A stretch of DNA of 64,000 nt. Origin: a virus. Taxonomy: Duplodnaviria > Caudoviricetes. A program made the translations under genes and the position numbers. The DNA lies in IMG/VR virus record IMGVR_UViG_3300033066_000802, positions 32,001 to 96,000 of that record. The stretch is one strand, 5' to 3'. Under the pieces are notes generated by a model that worked only from the letters and a program-made list of their open reading frames with translations, searched no databases and was not told where the DNA came from. Shown here one piece after another: positions 8,864-18,118 of the stretch (position 1 is its first letter; the number at the start of each line of letters is the position of its first letter).

Positions 8864-9788
8864 AATTCTCCTGGGTAGCTAATTTTGTTAATAATTCTTT
8901 CTCAGAATCATTTATTGTTAATGGCATTTTAGGTACTATTTCAACAAATAGATCACCTTTACCATAAGTTGTTTGTAAACCTTTTTTGGGTATTCTATAC
9001 TTCTGTGTTAATTTACCATCTGATTTATATTTCATTTTAATATCACCGTCAAAATGATTAATAACGATTTCATTACCCAATAAGTAATCAACTAAAGATA
9101 CCACTTTCTGCGTTAATAAATTTGATTTATCAATCATCATGAAATTTTCATCTTTCTTTACACTTAAAGTTATAAGAAGATCTGAATAAGCACCATTGCT
9201 ATGCTGATCACCCTGACCCCTTAATATAATCTGATCGGTTGTTAATTGAAATTCAACAGTTCTCTTTTCAGTCTTAACAACATTTGATCGTACTCTACCT
9301 GTACCGAAACAATCATCACACATAACCATATGTTCATAACCATCCTCAACATGCTTACCAAGGAAACCACTACCATTACATTTAGTACAAACCGTGTTAG
9401 GTGAATGTATATGTCTATCAAATGTTACCGTAACCCTCTTACCTTCATATAAATCCTTTAATGTACATTCATAATATAATGGTTGCATAGGGGCTGTTTG
9501 TTTCCTAACACTACTAAACAAATCATCCATATTGAAACCTCTGGTATTACGAAACGAACTAAACGGGTCTTTAGTAGTTGTTGGGTGATCATATTTAGCT
9601 CGTTTTGTAACATCCGACAAAACATCATTAGCTTCATTTATATCCTTAAATTTAGCCTCAGCATCTGGGTCACTGTTCTTATCTGGATGATATTGTAATG
9701 CAAGTTTGCGATAAGCTTTTTTTATATCATCTTTACTTGCCTTTTTATCAATTCCGAGTATCTTATAGTAATCTTTAGTAATATTCAT
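8850..9788 (-). CDS. dnaJ: DnaJ-class co-chaperone
   Basis: J-domain [24 protein letters not shown] (HPD); two CxxCxGxG repeats; C-terminal GDLFV domain. Confidence 0.92.
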   Translation of the reverse strand: MNITKDYYKILGIDKKASKDDIKKAYRKLALQYHPDKNSDPDAEAKFKDINEANDVLSDVTKRAKYDHPTTTKDPFSSFRNTRGFNMDDLFSSVRKQTAPMQPLYYECTLKDLYEGKRVTVTFDRHIHSPNTVCTKCNGSGFLGKHVEDGYEHMVMCDDCFGTGRVRSNVVKTEKRTVEFQLTTDQIILRGQGDQHSNGAYSDLLITLSVKKDENFMMIDKSNLLTQKVVSLVDYLLGNEIVINHFDGDIKMKYKSDGKLTQKYRIPKKGLQTTYGKGDLFVEIVPKMPLTINDSEKELLTKLATQENFNVQ

Positions 9789-10415
9789 ATGTATAAAATT
9801 GTTTTATATAATTCTGGTAAACGCATCAAAACAATGGGTTCATTTAAAACCTATAGTGAAGCTTTGAATAAATATAATATTTTTTTAGCAGAAAACCAAG
9901 TTTTCTTTCCAAAAAAAAGTATGTGGGATGGTAAATCATCTGATTATGAACTAATTTTAACGGGACCTAAAAACACAAAAAAAATCGAATATATAAGAAA
10001 TGAATTCGGCGCCCTTGTTGAATTAAAGACTTCTGGTGATTTTGTTATAAAAAAAATTGCTGAGTATAGTGTGGAAGAGATTATAACCCATAAAAACACT
10101 AATAAGCGTTATGATTTTAGAGGTCTAATTAAATTTTTAATGAGTACTGACTCAACTAAAGTCATAACAACATTAAATAATAAATTAGCTGTGGAATATT
10201 ATGATAGCGATCATATTGACCTGTTCATATTGAAGAATAATGAAGATTCTATGCGTTTAAACGATCTAATTAAAGATTTCGCATATTCTAACGGTGTTGG
10301 TAATTTCCTATTTTTTAATAACCCAAGCAAAGAAAATAAGCAACTACTTTATGATAAAATTGTTGCTTACTTAAACGTTGACAGATGGTATTTGATCCGA
10401 CTATCAACCAGGTAA
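9789..10415 (+). CDS. Hypothetical protein
   Basis: 208-aa ORF filling the gap between dnaJ and the 10404 ORF; no competing long ORF. Confidence 0.75.
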   Translation: MYKIVLYNSGKRIKTMGSFKTYSEALNKYNIFLAENQVFFPKKSMWDGKSSDYELILTGPKNTKKIEYIRNEFGALVELKTSGDFVIKKIAEYSVEEIITHKNTNKRYDFRGLIKFLMSTDSTKVITTLNNKLAVEYYDSDHIDLFILKNNEDSMRLNDLIKDFAYSNGVGNFLFFNNPSKENKQLLYDKIVAYLNVDRWYLIRLSTR

Positions 10416-10631
10416 ACGTTTGAATACAAATTTCACGTCAAAAAATGATATTTCAAACACATCTTGTGATTGGTAACCATTAATCGATTTATTTATTTTT
10501 GCGTAACATTCTTGTTGTAAAAATTCGTGTTCAACCCTATCCAAATAATAAACAACTTCCATCCCTTTCCGATAGAAATTTTCAATTTTTTTTAAATTCT
10601 TAGATATTAAGTATAAATTATCTAATTTCAT
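10404..10631 (-). CDS. Hypothetical protein
   Basis: 75 aa; ATGA-coupled. Confidence 0.6.
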   Translation of the reverse strand: MKLDNLYLISKNLKKIENFYRKGMEVVYYLDRVEHEFLQQECYAKINKSINGYQSQDVFEISFFDVKFVFKRLPG

Positions 10632-10834
10632 AATACTTTAAACAATTTCTTAAAGAATTTTTTTATTTTTGATTCCTTATTTTCAGCTTCTTTAACCGCA
10701 TAAACCTTATCCATTTCCTTCTTGTAGTCGGTTTTTATATCGGCTATTAATTTCCTTTTCTGTATTAACAACTCATAATTATCCTTTAACCTTTCACGTT
10801 CAAAGGCGAGTCTTTCATATTCATTCGATGTCAT
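10628..10834 (-). CDS. Hypothetical coiled-coil protein
   Basis: 68 aa; ATGA-coupled at both ends. Confidence 0.6.
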   Translation of the reverse strand: MTSNEYERLAFERERLKDNYELLIQKRKLIADIKTDYKKEMDKVYAVKEAENKESKIKKFFKKLFKVL

Positions 10835-11433
10835 ATTTTTAAAGGTTCTTTTGTAATGAATATAGTAAAATCATCATTTGTATATCCTTGTATTAAATAC
10901 ACATTTTGGTGTTGACTTTTAAGTTCGCTTAACATTTCATGAGGATCATAACAATTAAAACCCATCTCAATAAAAGCCTCAGATTTTAATAAGAAATTAA
11001 ATGCGAAACCTTTGCTAACTTTAGTAAGTATTTCACTTATTTTACCAAATATTTCTTCTTTAGTTAAACCGTAAGTAAACACACCAGATGCTAAAGCCCA
11101 GTCATACACACAATTCTCACCTTCAATATCACCAACCTTAAGATTACTATCTGTAAATATATCTTTAGCTATTTGTATATATTTTTCATTAATATCTATA
11201 CCTGTATAATCAACATCAATATTCTTTATTTGTAAAAAATTAATTAGATGACCAAGACCACAGCCGTAATCCAATATTTTATCACCTGGTTTAACACCTA
11301 TGGCTAATAATGCAGCGAATCTGGAATCTTGGGCGTATTTATTATTCCACCCAACTTTCTTTGGGTCGAACATATCATCATTATCCGAACACTCAATAAA
11401 AGTGTTATACATTTTAATTATTTTATCACTCAT
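10831..11433 (-). CDS. Class I SAM-dependent methyltransferase
   Basis: KILDYGCGLG (motif I), YTGIDIN, YDWALASGVF. Confidence 0.88.
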   Translation of the reverse strand: MSDKIIKMYNTFIECSDNDDMFDPKKVGWNNKYAQDSRFAALLAIGVKPGDKILDYGCGLGHLINFLQIKNIDVDYTGIDINEKYIQIAKDIFTDSNLKVGDIEGENCVYDWALASGVFTYGLTKEEIFGKISEILTKVSKGFAFNFLLKSEAFIEMGFNCYDPHEMLSELKSQHQNVYLIQGYTNDDFTIFITKEPLKI

Positions 11434-11765
11434 AATTCCCTTTTTAAATTGTCCTCAAATAAGGACTGTATGATATACAATAGCCAAACAAAACTAACAA
11501 CGGAAAAAGCATCGAAAAGTATGCTATAAATAAATCGTATATTCCCAGGATTCTCTAATTGTATTAATAGATTATTCGTTGGTGAGTAACCCAATAATAA
11601 TACGCTGAATAATCCAACCCAAAAACCAGTACACATCATACAATTAAGTAATTTATGTATAAAACCCTTTTTAAAAAAATTTCTAATAGGTCTAAAGATC
11701 ACACTTTGCACTATTAGTGTTGTTAACCCATAACAACCGAGATAAAATAGTAATAAGTTAAGCAT
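11430..11765 (-). CDS. Small membrane protein (DUF1360-like)
   Basis: Three hydrophobic segments; LLNCMMCTGFWVG CxxC-W motif. Confidence 0.65.
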   Translation of the reverse strand: MLNLLLFYLGCYGLTTLIVQSVIFRPIRNFFKKGFIHKLLNCMMCTGFWVGLFSVLLLGYSPTNNLLIQLENPGNIRFIYSILFDAFSVVSFVWLLYIIQSLFEDNLKREL

Positions 11766-12174
11766 TATGTGTCATATTGTTTTCTTCAGGTGTTGCTATT
11801 CTCTCCGCACTCATATCAAATTGTAACGTTTTTAAATCATCATAATTTGTTTCCATGAATATACGCTTAAGTTCATTCATTTTCTGTTCAAATAAGCCTC
11901 TTTTTTTCTCAACCTCAAGATTGTATTCAATTATGTTACTAACGATGTTAAATAGGTTTAAAAACGTGGTTGTTGCTGAATATAGTATGTAGTAATTCAT
12001 AGCCCCATCACCAGAAGCCTTTTGTTTCTGCACCTTAGTTTCTGTTGAAATAGTATCCTCTGGTATAACCCAATCATTTTTAATCCAAAAATCAATAACT
12101 TTTTGATTATTTGGTGTTATCCTACAACCGAAAATATTCTCAGGATATTTTTTAAATAAATCATCTACATTCAT
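11758..12174 (-). CDS. Hypothetical protein
   Basis: Start moved to the ATG at 12174 (MNVDDLF), which overlaps the upstream stop as ATGA. Confidence 0.65.
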   Translation of the reverse strand: MNVDDLFKKYPENIFGCRITPNNQKVIDFWIKNDWVIPEDTISTETKVQKQKASGDGAMNYYILYSATTTFLNLFNIVSNIIEYNLEVEKKRGLFEQKMNELKRIFMETNYDDLKTLQFDMSAERIATPEENNMTHNA

Positions 12175-12374
12175 AGTCCGATACCTTTTACAATTGATGC
12201 CAATAACACAGCTAATGATATACAAACATAGATTAATTCTCTATTTGTTAGTTTGTATTTTTTTGGTTGTTCACTTCTGAAATTCATCGTAAATAAATAC
12301 GCATGTCGTAATATAACGAGTAGTGAAACAAAAAACCCAATATATAATATTTTATTAATAAGTTCAATTAACAT
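12171..12374 (-). CDS. Small two-TM membrane protein
   Basis: Two hydrophobic segments; TACCTTTG (-7 element) at 12395-12388 upstream. Confidence 0.65.
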   Translation of the reverse strand: MLIELINKILYIGFFVSLLVILRHAYLFTMNFRSEQPKKYKLTNRELIYVCISLAVLLASIVKGIGL

Positions 12375-12414
12375 AATTTAGTTTTTACAAAGGTAAGAAA
12401 TTTTTACACAAATA

Positions 12415-12891
12415 TCAACGTTTATTCGAAAAAGATTTATTCATTGTCTTGTACATTTCAATGAATAGATCATATTCAGATCTCGTCTTAACTTTATCAA
12501 TTGATATGATCTCTGACCAGAAATTATATATGAAGTTGAATAAGTATTCTTCTTTATTATCAGCATTATAAAATTTATCATTAAAATAATTCCAATAATA
12601 ATAGTAATGTTCACCTTTTTCAGCTATATGTATGTTTTCCTCTTTAAGGTTTTTTATTGTTTTATTCCAACACCAATTAAAATGTGTTGTTACATTTTCA
12701 TCACTAACAATTATATCATCACCTAAATATGTGTCATATATATAAAATGCTAATGTCAATGTAAAATCTCTAAATAAATCAACTTTTTCAATCGTAACAC
12801 AGTTTAATGTGTTTAAATAATTTAATTGATCAAATGTTAATGGTTTAGAAAAATAATCAATAAACTTAGTCCCAGGTTTATATTTCTCCAT
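12415..12891 (-). CDS. Hypothetical protein
   Basis: Start likely the ATG at 12891 (MEKYK), since the longer start lies inside a terminator hairpin. Confidence 0.7.
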   Translation of the reverse strand: MEKYKPGTKFIDYFSKPLTFDQLNYLNTLNCVTIEKVDLFRDFTLTLAFYIYDTYLGDDIIVSDENVTTHFNWCWNKTIKNLKEENIHIAEKGEHYYYYWNYFNDKFYNADNKEEYLFNFIYNFWSEIISIDKVKTRSEYDLFIEMYKTMNKSFSNKR

Positions 12892-12897
12892 ATAAAT

Positions 12898-12931
12898 AAA
12901 TATGGACTTCTTTAATAGGAAGTCCATATTT
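12898..12931. terminator. Perfect 13-bp hairpin, probable terminator after the 12954 ORF
   Basis: aaatatggacttc-tttaatag-gaagtccatattt. Confidence 0.7.
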
Positions 12932-12953
12932 AAAAATATTATTTATGTTTTAT

Positions 12954-14195
12954 TTAGAATAATTTTTTCATTCTCGCAAGTTGCTCATTAACCCTCTTCG
13001 ATTTATCTAAAGCGTAATTATTATTCTTAGCAGCTTTATTACCTGTAACACTCGTTCTTTTGTATTGTTTATCAGGTTCCGTAACTTGTATTGGGTTTGG
13101 TTGGAAATCATTATCCGCAAACTCCTGATTTTCTTGTGATGCTTTGATCATTCTCTCACCAACTTTACTTTCAGTATCTATGTTAGCCTCTTTACCAACA
13201 ATTTTTTCATCACGTTTTCTTGAATGACCTGTTGTAACTTCCATCTCAACCCTATCCTTGTAATCATCCGAAACTTCATTTGTATAATCCAAGTTTAAAG
13301 CATTTTTATACCCCAAATGAAAATCTTTAAGATCTTTTTGATATCCATTCTCCATATTTGGGGCAAATTTCTGATTCGTTAAATTATCGGCTTTTTGTTC
13401 AATTGTCTTCTGACTATCCTCAGCATCTTTTAAGCCATCAACAACCGATTCTTTAGCGTTCTTATTATTCTCGGTGTCATAACCCTTACTCTTTACTGCT
13501 TGAAATTTAGGCAACTCATTTTCCTGTAAACCCAATTCCTCAATACCTTCTTCATCCTCTTCGTCACCACCTAAACTATGCATTAATGACATACCTGGAA
13601 TTTTGACATCCATATCATTAGTTTCAGGTGTATTTGTACCTGATGTTTCTTCTGAACCAAGATGTAAAACAACATCTTCAAGATTTTGGAAACTAACCGA
13701 TATTTTATCCTGAATCCACGATTCAAGTTCCTGATCTGGATTTACCTTATTCACAATTGTTTCAATGAATTCCATCATCCAATGTAATTTTTCAACATAT
13801 GTGGATCCGTTTGGTTCTTCATTTACTATCGGATCAACTGGGGCTTCTTGATCAGGAATCGATTGATCAACATCATCATTGATGTTTTCAACACCACCTT
13901 GTAAATTATTTTCCAAATCTTCAACACCAGCCTCTTCCATTGACCCATAATTTTCAGAAATCCACTCCCTTACATAGTCCCCACACTCATTTTGAGCGCT
14001 ATTCATACTCTCAAACATTTCATTACAAAGATCATCATCTTCCATCATAGCGTGGTAATGATTATCAATAGAATCACCCTCATCTATTGTTTCAGGTAAA
14101 AAACCTTCCATTTGTAATATTTCGTTCATGCACTTCGATGCGTTTTCGTAAGTCATCATCTCATTCATGCATTCTCTTATTTGATCTAAATTCAT
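12954..14195 (-). CDS. Acidic hypothetical protein, possible head/scaffold-associated
   Basis: Very Glu/Asp/Met-rich; LESWIQDKIS motif; C-terminal VNEQLARMKKLF. Confidence 0.7.
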   Translation of the reverse strand: MNLDQIRECMNEMMTYENASKCMNEILQMEGFLPETIDEGDSIDNHYHAMMEDDDLCNEMFESMNSAQNECGDYVREWISENYGSMEEAGVEDLENNLQGGVENINDDVDQSIPDQEAPVDPIVNEEPNGSTYVEKLHWMMEFIETIVNKVNPDQELESWIQDKISVSFQNLEDVVLHLGSEETSGTNTPETNDMDVKIPGMSLMHSLGGDEEDEEGIEELGLQENELPKFQAVKSKGYDTENNKNAKESVVDGLKDAEDSQKTIEQKADNLTNQKFAPNMENGYQKDLKDFHLGYKNALNLDYTNEVSDDYKDRVEMEVTTGHSRKRDEKIVGKEANIDTESKVGERMIKASQENQEFADNDFQPNPIQVTEPDKQYKRTSVTGNKAAKNNNYALDKSKRVNEQLARMKKLF

Positions 14196-14216
14196 ATTAA
14201 TTTTTTTTATTTGTTG

Positions 14217-14699
14217 TTATTGTTTCTTAGATAAATACCCACCTCTTATTGTTTTTACTATATAATTTGGCGTTTTATTTGTCATTTTAGCAATCTCGCA
14301 CACATATTCATAACAATTTGGGCACATTTCATCTTTAGATTCACCAATTAATTTAATTGGGTTGTCTACCGCACCTTGATTGCAATATGGGAATGTTTGA
14401 CATTTCGGCTTAACCTCAACGAACTTACCCCCGTCATATGCTGGTGTTTTCGCTACAGGTGTTTTTTGTCGACTAAACCATTCTTTAATATCTTTCTTAA
14501 GTATAGTTTCTTCTTCAAATGTACCCTGTGGTGCTGTAACCATCTTATTACCAGGAACCAGGCGTTTATTAAATTTTCTTTTAGAGATACCCATAAGCGG
14601 CACTTCAATAGCCCCACCAACAGAACTTATAGTTGTCCCACCAGCAAAACCACCAGCAGCGCCAGCATCTTCCAAAACCTGTTCCTTAGTCTTTATCAT
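14217..14699 (-). CDS. Hypothetical Cys-motif protein
   Basis: KCQTFPYCNQG and CPNC motifs. Confidence 0.7.
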   Translation of the reverse strand: MIKTKEQVLEDAGAAGGFAGGTTISSVGGAIEVPLMGISKRKFNKRLVPGNKMVTAPQGTFEEETILKKDIKEWFSRQKTPVAKTPAYDGGKFVEVKPKCQTFPYCNQGAVDNPIKLIGESKDEMCPNCYEYVCEIAKMTNKTPNYIVKTIRGGYLSKKQ

Positions 14700-15028
14700 T
14701 AATTAGACGAATTTTTTAAATCGTTACTCCAAAAACCACGTTTCATCCAAAGATTTTTATACATTTGGATAAGCACATTTCTTGATATTTCTACCATATG
14801 TTTTTCAAGATCTTTATCAGAATTTATAGCTTCCTTAACCATTTTTTGAATTTTAACCTCCAAATCACCTGTTTTGGTCATATTCAAAAATTCTTTAATC
14901 TCTCTTTTAACGATATTTTTTACATCGTCTTTACTAATAGAAGTATCACCCTCATTTAGGGTTTCTTTACCATCCAAAACCTCTTTTATCCACTCAGTTA
15001 ATTGTTTATCAGATACTTTTACTTTCAT
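14699..15028 (-). CDS. Hypothetical protein
   Basis: 109 aa; TATTTAT upstream at 15044-15050. Confidence 0.7.
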   Translation of the reverse strand: MKVKVSDKQLTEWIKEVLDGKETLNEGDTSISKDDVKNIVKREIKEFLNMTKTGDLEVKIQKMVKEAINSDKDLEKHMVEISRNVLIQMYKNLWMKRGFWSNDLKNSSN

Positions 15029-15051
15029 AATGTCATATTTACTATAAATAT

Positions 15052-15870
15052 TTATTTTTTTCGCAAAGTGATGTAATAACCAAAACTAATATTTGGCGTA
15101 TATATAATTTTGTTGTTACTATATCCAACACCTAATGGTGCTAAAAATAAACCCCAACCTGATTGTAGTTTATATTTACCCTTCCCTTGACTTGGTGTTA
15201 CATTTTCTTGCCAAGGTTTATCCAATATTTCAACATTTCTAAAGTCGAATCTTATCTGTTTTTCTGATATTTGATTACCCATTTTACCAAAACTATCCAC
15301 ATAAAATGGTGTTATTTTAGTTCTTGTAAATTTAGTTACTTTATCTTCATATTGACTAACAACAAATGTAAAATTAAACTTAAAATCCTTAATTAAGGTG
15401 GAATCTGGTAATATATTAATATTATTACCATCTTTATTAACCATAAACCAAGACGTTCCACCTATAGTTCTAACACTATCAATAGATTTGAAGTCCAGTC
15501 CGTATTTTTTGGTTATACTATCATACCTCAACTTATTGATTACAGATACGTCAACAGGTACATAAACTGGTTTAACCACTGTAATTTCTTTAGATTTTGC
15601 ACCCTGCAAACTATCCACCTTATTTAAAGTACGATATAGTTGAGAATCTAAAGATTGTAATTGTTTTTTTGTTAATTTAAGTTGAATTGAACTGTCAGTT
15701 ATAGCAGCTAAATTTTGATCAGCTATATGTGTAGCTATCTTAAACTTATCTTTATATTCTTTAGTTTTATTACACTGATGTAGTGAAAATGCTGCTAACA
15801 AAATTATTAGTCCAAACATTATTAATTTAATATTCTTTAATATTAAATTAAAGAAACCCATGATACCCAT
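15052..15870 (-). CDS. Membrane-anchored/secreted protein, possible spanin-like lysis accessory
   Basis: N-terminal TM followed by Cys, coiled coil, C-terminal beta strands ending ISFGYYITL. Confidence 0.55.
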   Translation of the reverse strand: MGIMGFFNLILKNIKLIMFGLIILLAAFSLHQCNKTKEYKDKFKIATHIADQNLAAITDSSIQLKLTKKQLQSLDSQLYRTLNKVDSLQGAKSKEITVVKPVYVPVDVSVINKLRYDSITKKYGLDFKSIDSVRTIGGTSWFMVNKDGNNINILPDSTLIKDFKFNFTFVVSQYEDKVTKFTRTKITPFYVDSFGKMGNQISEKQIRFDFRNVEILDKPWQENVTPSQGKGKYKLQSGWGLFLAPLGVGYSNNKIIYTPNISFGYYITLRKK

Positions 15871-15873
15871 ATG

Positions 15874-16371
15874 TTATATATTTACTTGTGCGATCTGAGC
15901 CAGGTGATCTCTACCTATCTTCGGATCATTATAAGTTCTCGTAAGAGTACCAATCAAGTTCATATAATCACTATTAATATTAGCATCACCAGACACTAAC
16001 TCAAACTTAGGGTTATCTTCTTTTGTATCAATTAAAATATTCTTTATGAAGTCAACCCCAGGATTATTAACTGTATTAGATCCCATTACAATTCTACCAT
16101 TATATAATTCAATATTAACAACACTCAGAATTAATCCACTTTCTTTTAAAAAAGCACCGATGGCACCAATTACTTGATTACGATAATCATCTGTAAATGG
16201 TGAACCAGTATTATTCTTCAAGAAACCAACGGTTTTAATGTCATTAAAACTAACCCTTTCACCACTATCAGTAGTTTGTGGATTCTGCTGACCCATCGTT
16301 ACCCCCTCATTTAATTTGTTCTTTCTCACAATATTGAGGAAGTGTTTCATTGAATCGTATTCGTTATTCAT
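15874..16371 (-). CDS. Hypothetical protein
   Basis: 165 aa; KLNEG motif. Confidence 0.7.
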   Translation of the reverse strand: MNNEYDSMKHFLNIVRKNKLNEGVTMGQQNPQTTDSGERVSFNDIKTVGFLKNNTGSPFTDDYRNQVIGAIGAFLKESGLILSVVNIELYNGRIVMGSNTVNNPGVDFIKNILIDTKEDNPKFELVSGDANINSDYMNLIGTLTRTYNDPKIGRDHLAQIAQVNI

Positions 16372-16372
16372 A

Positions 16373-16966
16373 TTATATTAAATTATTTGTTATGTATTCA
16401 AAATCCATCGCTGGACTTAAATCATAATAATTTTTATTATAGTTACTTCTATTTAAAATACCTTTAAAATTTCTTGGTTTCGTAATTGTTACATTATTCC
16501 CAGTGAATTGTTTTTCAATAGAACACCTATTACATAAATAGTTTAATAATTGGGATAAAACCACAATTTGCTCTTTTTCATACGCAGCCCAGAATTTCTT
16601 ATTTTTCCATGATCTATCCACAACAGAACCCAAATACGGGTCACCCTTCCAATCAAAAAATTCATTTTGTTTAATCGTATAATCTAACCAACCGACATTT
16701 TCTAATGAAACAATAATAGCCTGGTTATCCACCGATTCAAAAGAAATAAAATTAGTTACATATTCGGGTTCAACGTGTTGATATATTACACCCTCTAATG
16801 AAATCGTATAATGAGGCACCCTATCATATTTCCCATTATACTGGGTTAATAATTTATGAAAATGATGCTCTAATGATGCTGTAGTGTTACAAAGAATAAT
16901 TTGTTTTTTCTTATGTGTGGTACCGAACCTTTCCGAAAAATCATAATCCTTGTTTAAATCAATCAT
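16373..16966 (-). CDS. N-acetylmuramoyl-L-alanine amidase-like protein (Amidase_2 fold, atypical Zn ligands)
   Basis: KKQIILCNT, PHYTISLEGVIYQ, AIIVSLENVG, YEKEQIVVLSQLL, DLSPAMDF. Confidence 0.75.
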   Translation of the reverse strand: MIDLNKDYDFSERFGTTHKKKQIILCNTTASLEHHFHKLLTQYNGKYDRVPHYTISLEGVIYQHVEPEYVTNFISFESVDNQAIIVSLENVGWLDYTIKQNEFFDWKGDPYLGSVVDRSWKNKKFWAAYEKEQIVVLSQLLNYLCNRCSIEKQFTGNNVTITKPRNFKGILNRSNYNKNYYDLSPAMDFEYITNNLI

Positions 16967-17820
16967 TTAAAAACCTTGATTTTATCTAATATTTTATTTT
17001 TTTCAACAACATATGGGTCTGGTTGTTCTTCAATGACTGGCTCAACAACATCATTTACACCCTCATTTGTTTCGGTTTCAGGTAATTCACTGATATCAAC
17101 AATCTCACCATCAGATGAAAACCTTGTTGGTGGGAAGTAAATATCTTGGGGGATTTCAACTGGTTTAGCTTCCACACGTTCCCTATAACCTGAATTAGCT
17201 AAAGCGGTTGGTTCATCCTCAAAAGTTTCACCGCTTTCTACACGCTCGTTATGCTTTTCCTGTACACGCTTCATAACCTTAGCAACTTGAGCATTCTGAC
17301 CCGCTTTAATAATAGCGTCAAGATCTGGCTCTGGTTCAATAGTCGGTTCCACAGCTGGAGCTGGTTCTGGTATAGCTTCATTATCGGTGTCTGGTTTCAA
17401 ATAATCAACCAATGACTTGATAAAGCCCAGGGCAACAATTGGTAATATTGCACCACTTACCAATGATAGTATTCTCTTTTGTGTAATAACATCATCATCA
17501 ACCAGGTTGAATAGTTCAATCCAACTCTGATAATCGTTAAGGTGTGTATAGGCATAGAATGTATTACCCATCGCTTGCATTAACGTCAAAATAATGAATA
17601 GTGACCAGATCATCATTTTATTCATCTTCCTTAACGCTATGATTGACGCTAACGATGCTGCCGCACCAACTTCAAAAGCTATAGCCAATGTGACCGCTAA
17701 CCAATTCGGGTTAGATAGTTTAAAGAAATCAATAACGTGAATTGTGGATATTGTACTCACTAATAAGTACAACACCACAAACACACTAATTATAAAATTC
17801 CTGGTTACTTTATTCTCCAT
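16963..17820 (-). CDS. Four-TM membrane protein with acidic Pro-rich tail (holin-like candidate)
   Basis: Four hydrophobic helices then PEPAPAVEPT; ATGA-coupled to the amidase. Confidence 0.6.
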   Translation of the reverse strand: MENKVTRNFIISVFVVLYLLVSTISTIHVIDFFKLSNPNWLAVTLAIAFEVGAAASLASIIALRKMNKMMIWSLFIILTLMQAMGNTFYAYTHLNDYQSWIELFNLVDDDVITQKRILSLVSGAILPIVALGFIKSLVDYLKPDTDNEAIPEPAPAVEPTIEPEPDLDAIIKAGQNAQVAKVMKRVQEKHNERVESGETFEDEPTALANSGYRERVEAKPVEIPQDIYFPPTRFSSDGEIVDISELPETETNEGVNDVVEPVIEEQPDPYVVEKNKILDKIKVFK

Positions 17821-18107
17821 TATTTCGATATTTGTTTAATCTCTTTGTCTATCTCAGACATACGATTAACATCCATTATTTTTCTATCTGTTGATTGGAT
17901 CATCCTCTTTTCAGATTTTAAACCCTCAAGTTCAATAGCCTTTATTAATAGATTATTCAAGCTATCATTTTTAATCTCAAGCCTAATAACCTCTTTTTTA
18001 ACCGCCTTTATAGCTGATTTGGTACCGCAGGTATTAACCATGATAACCATTAAAACACCCAATATGATCATATTAGTGTTTTTTAAATAAGTTTGTAAAT
18101 TCTTCAT
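17820..18107 (-). CDS. Small lipoprotein/membrane-anchored coiled-coil protein
   Basis: IILGVLMVIMVNTC hydrophobic stretch plus Cys, then coiled coil. Confidence 0.6.
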   Translation of the reverse strand: MKNLQTYLKNTNMIILGVLMVIMVNTCGTKSAIKAVKKEVIRLEIKNDSLNNLLIKAIELEGLKSEKRMIQSTDRKIMDVNRMSEIDKEIKQISK

Positions 18108-18118
18108 AATTATAAATA

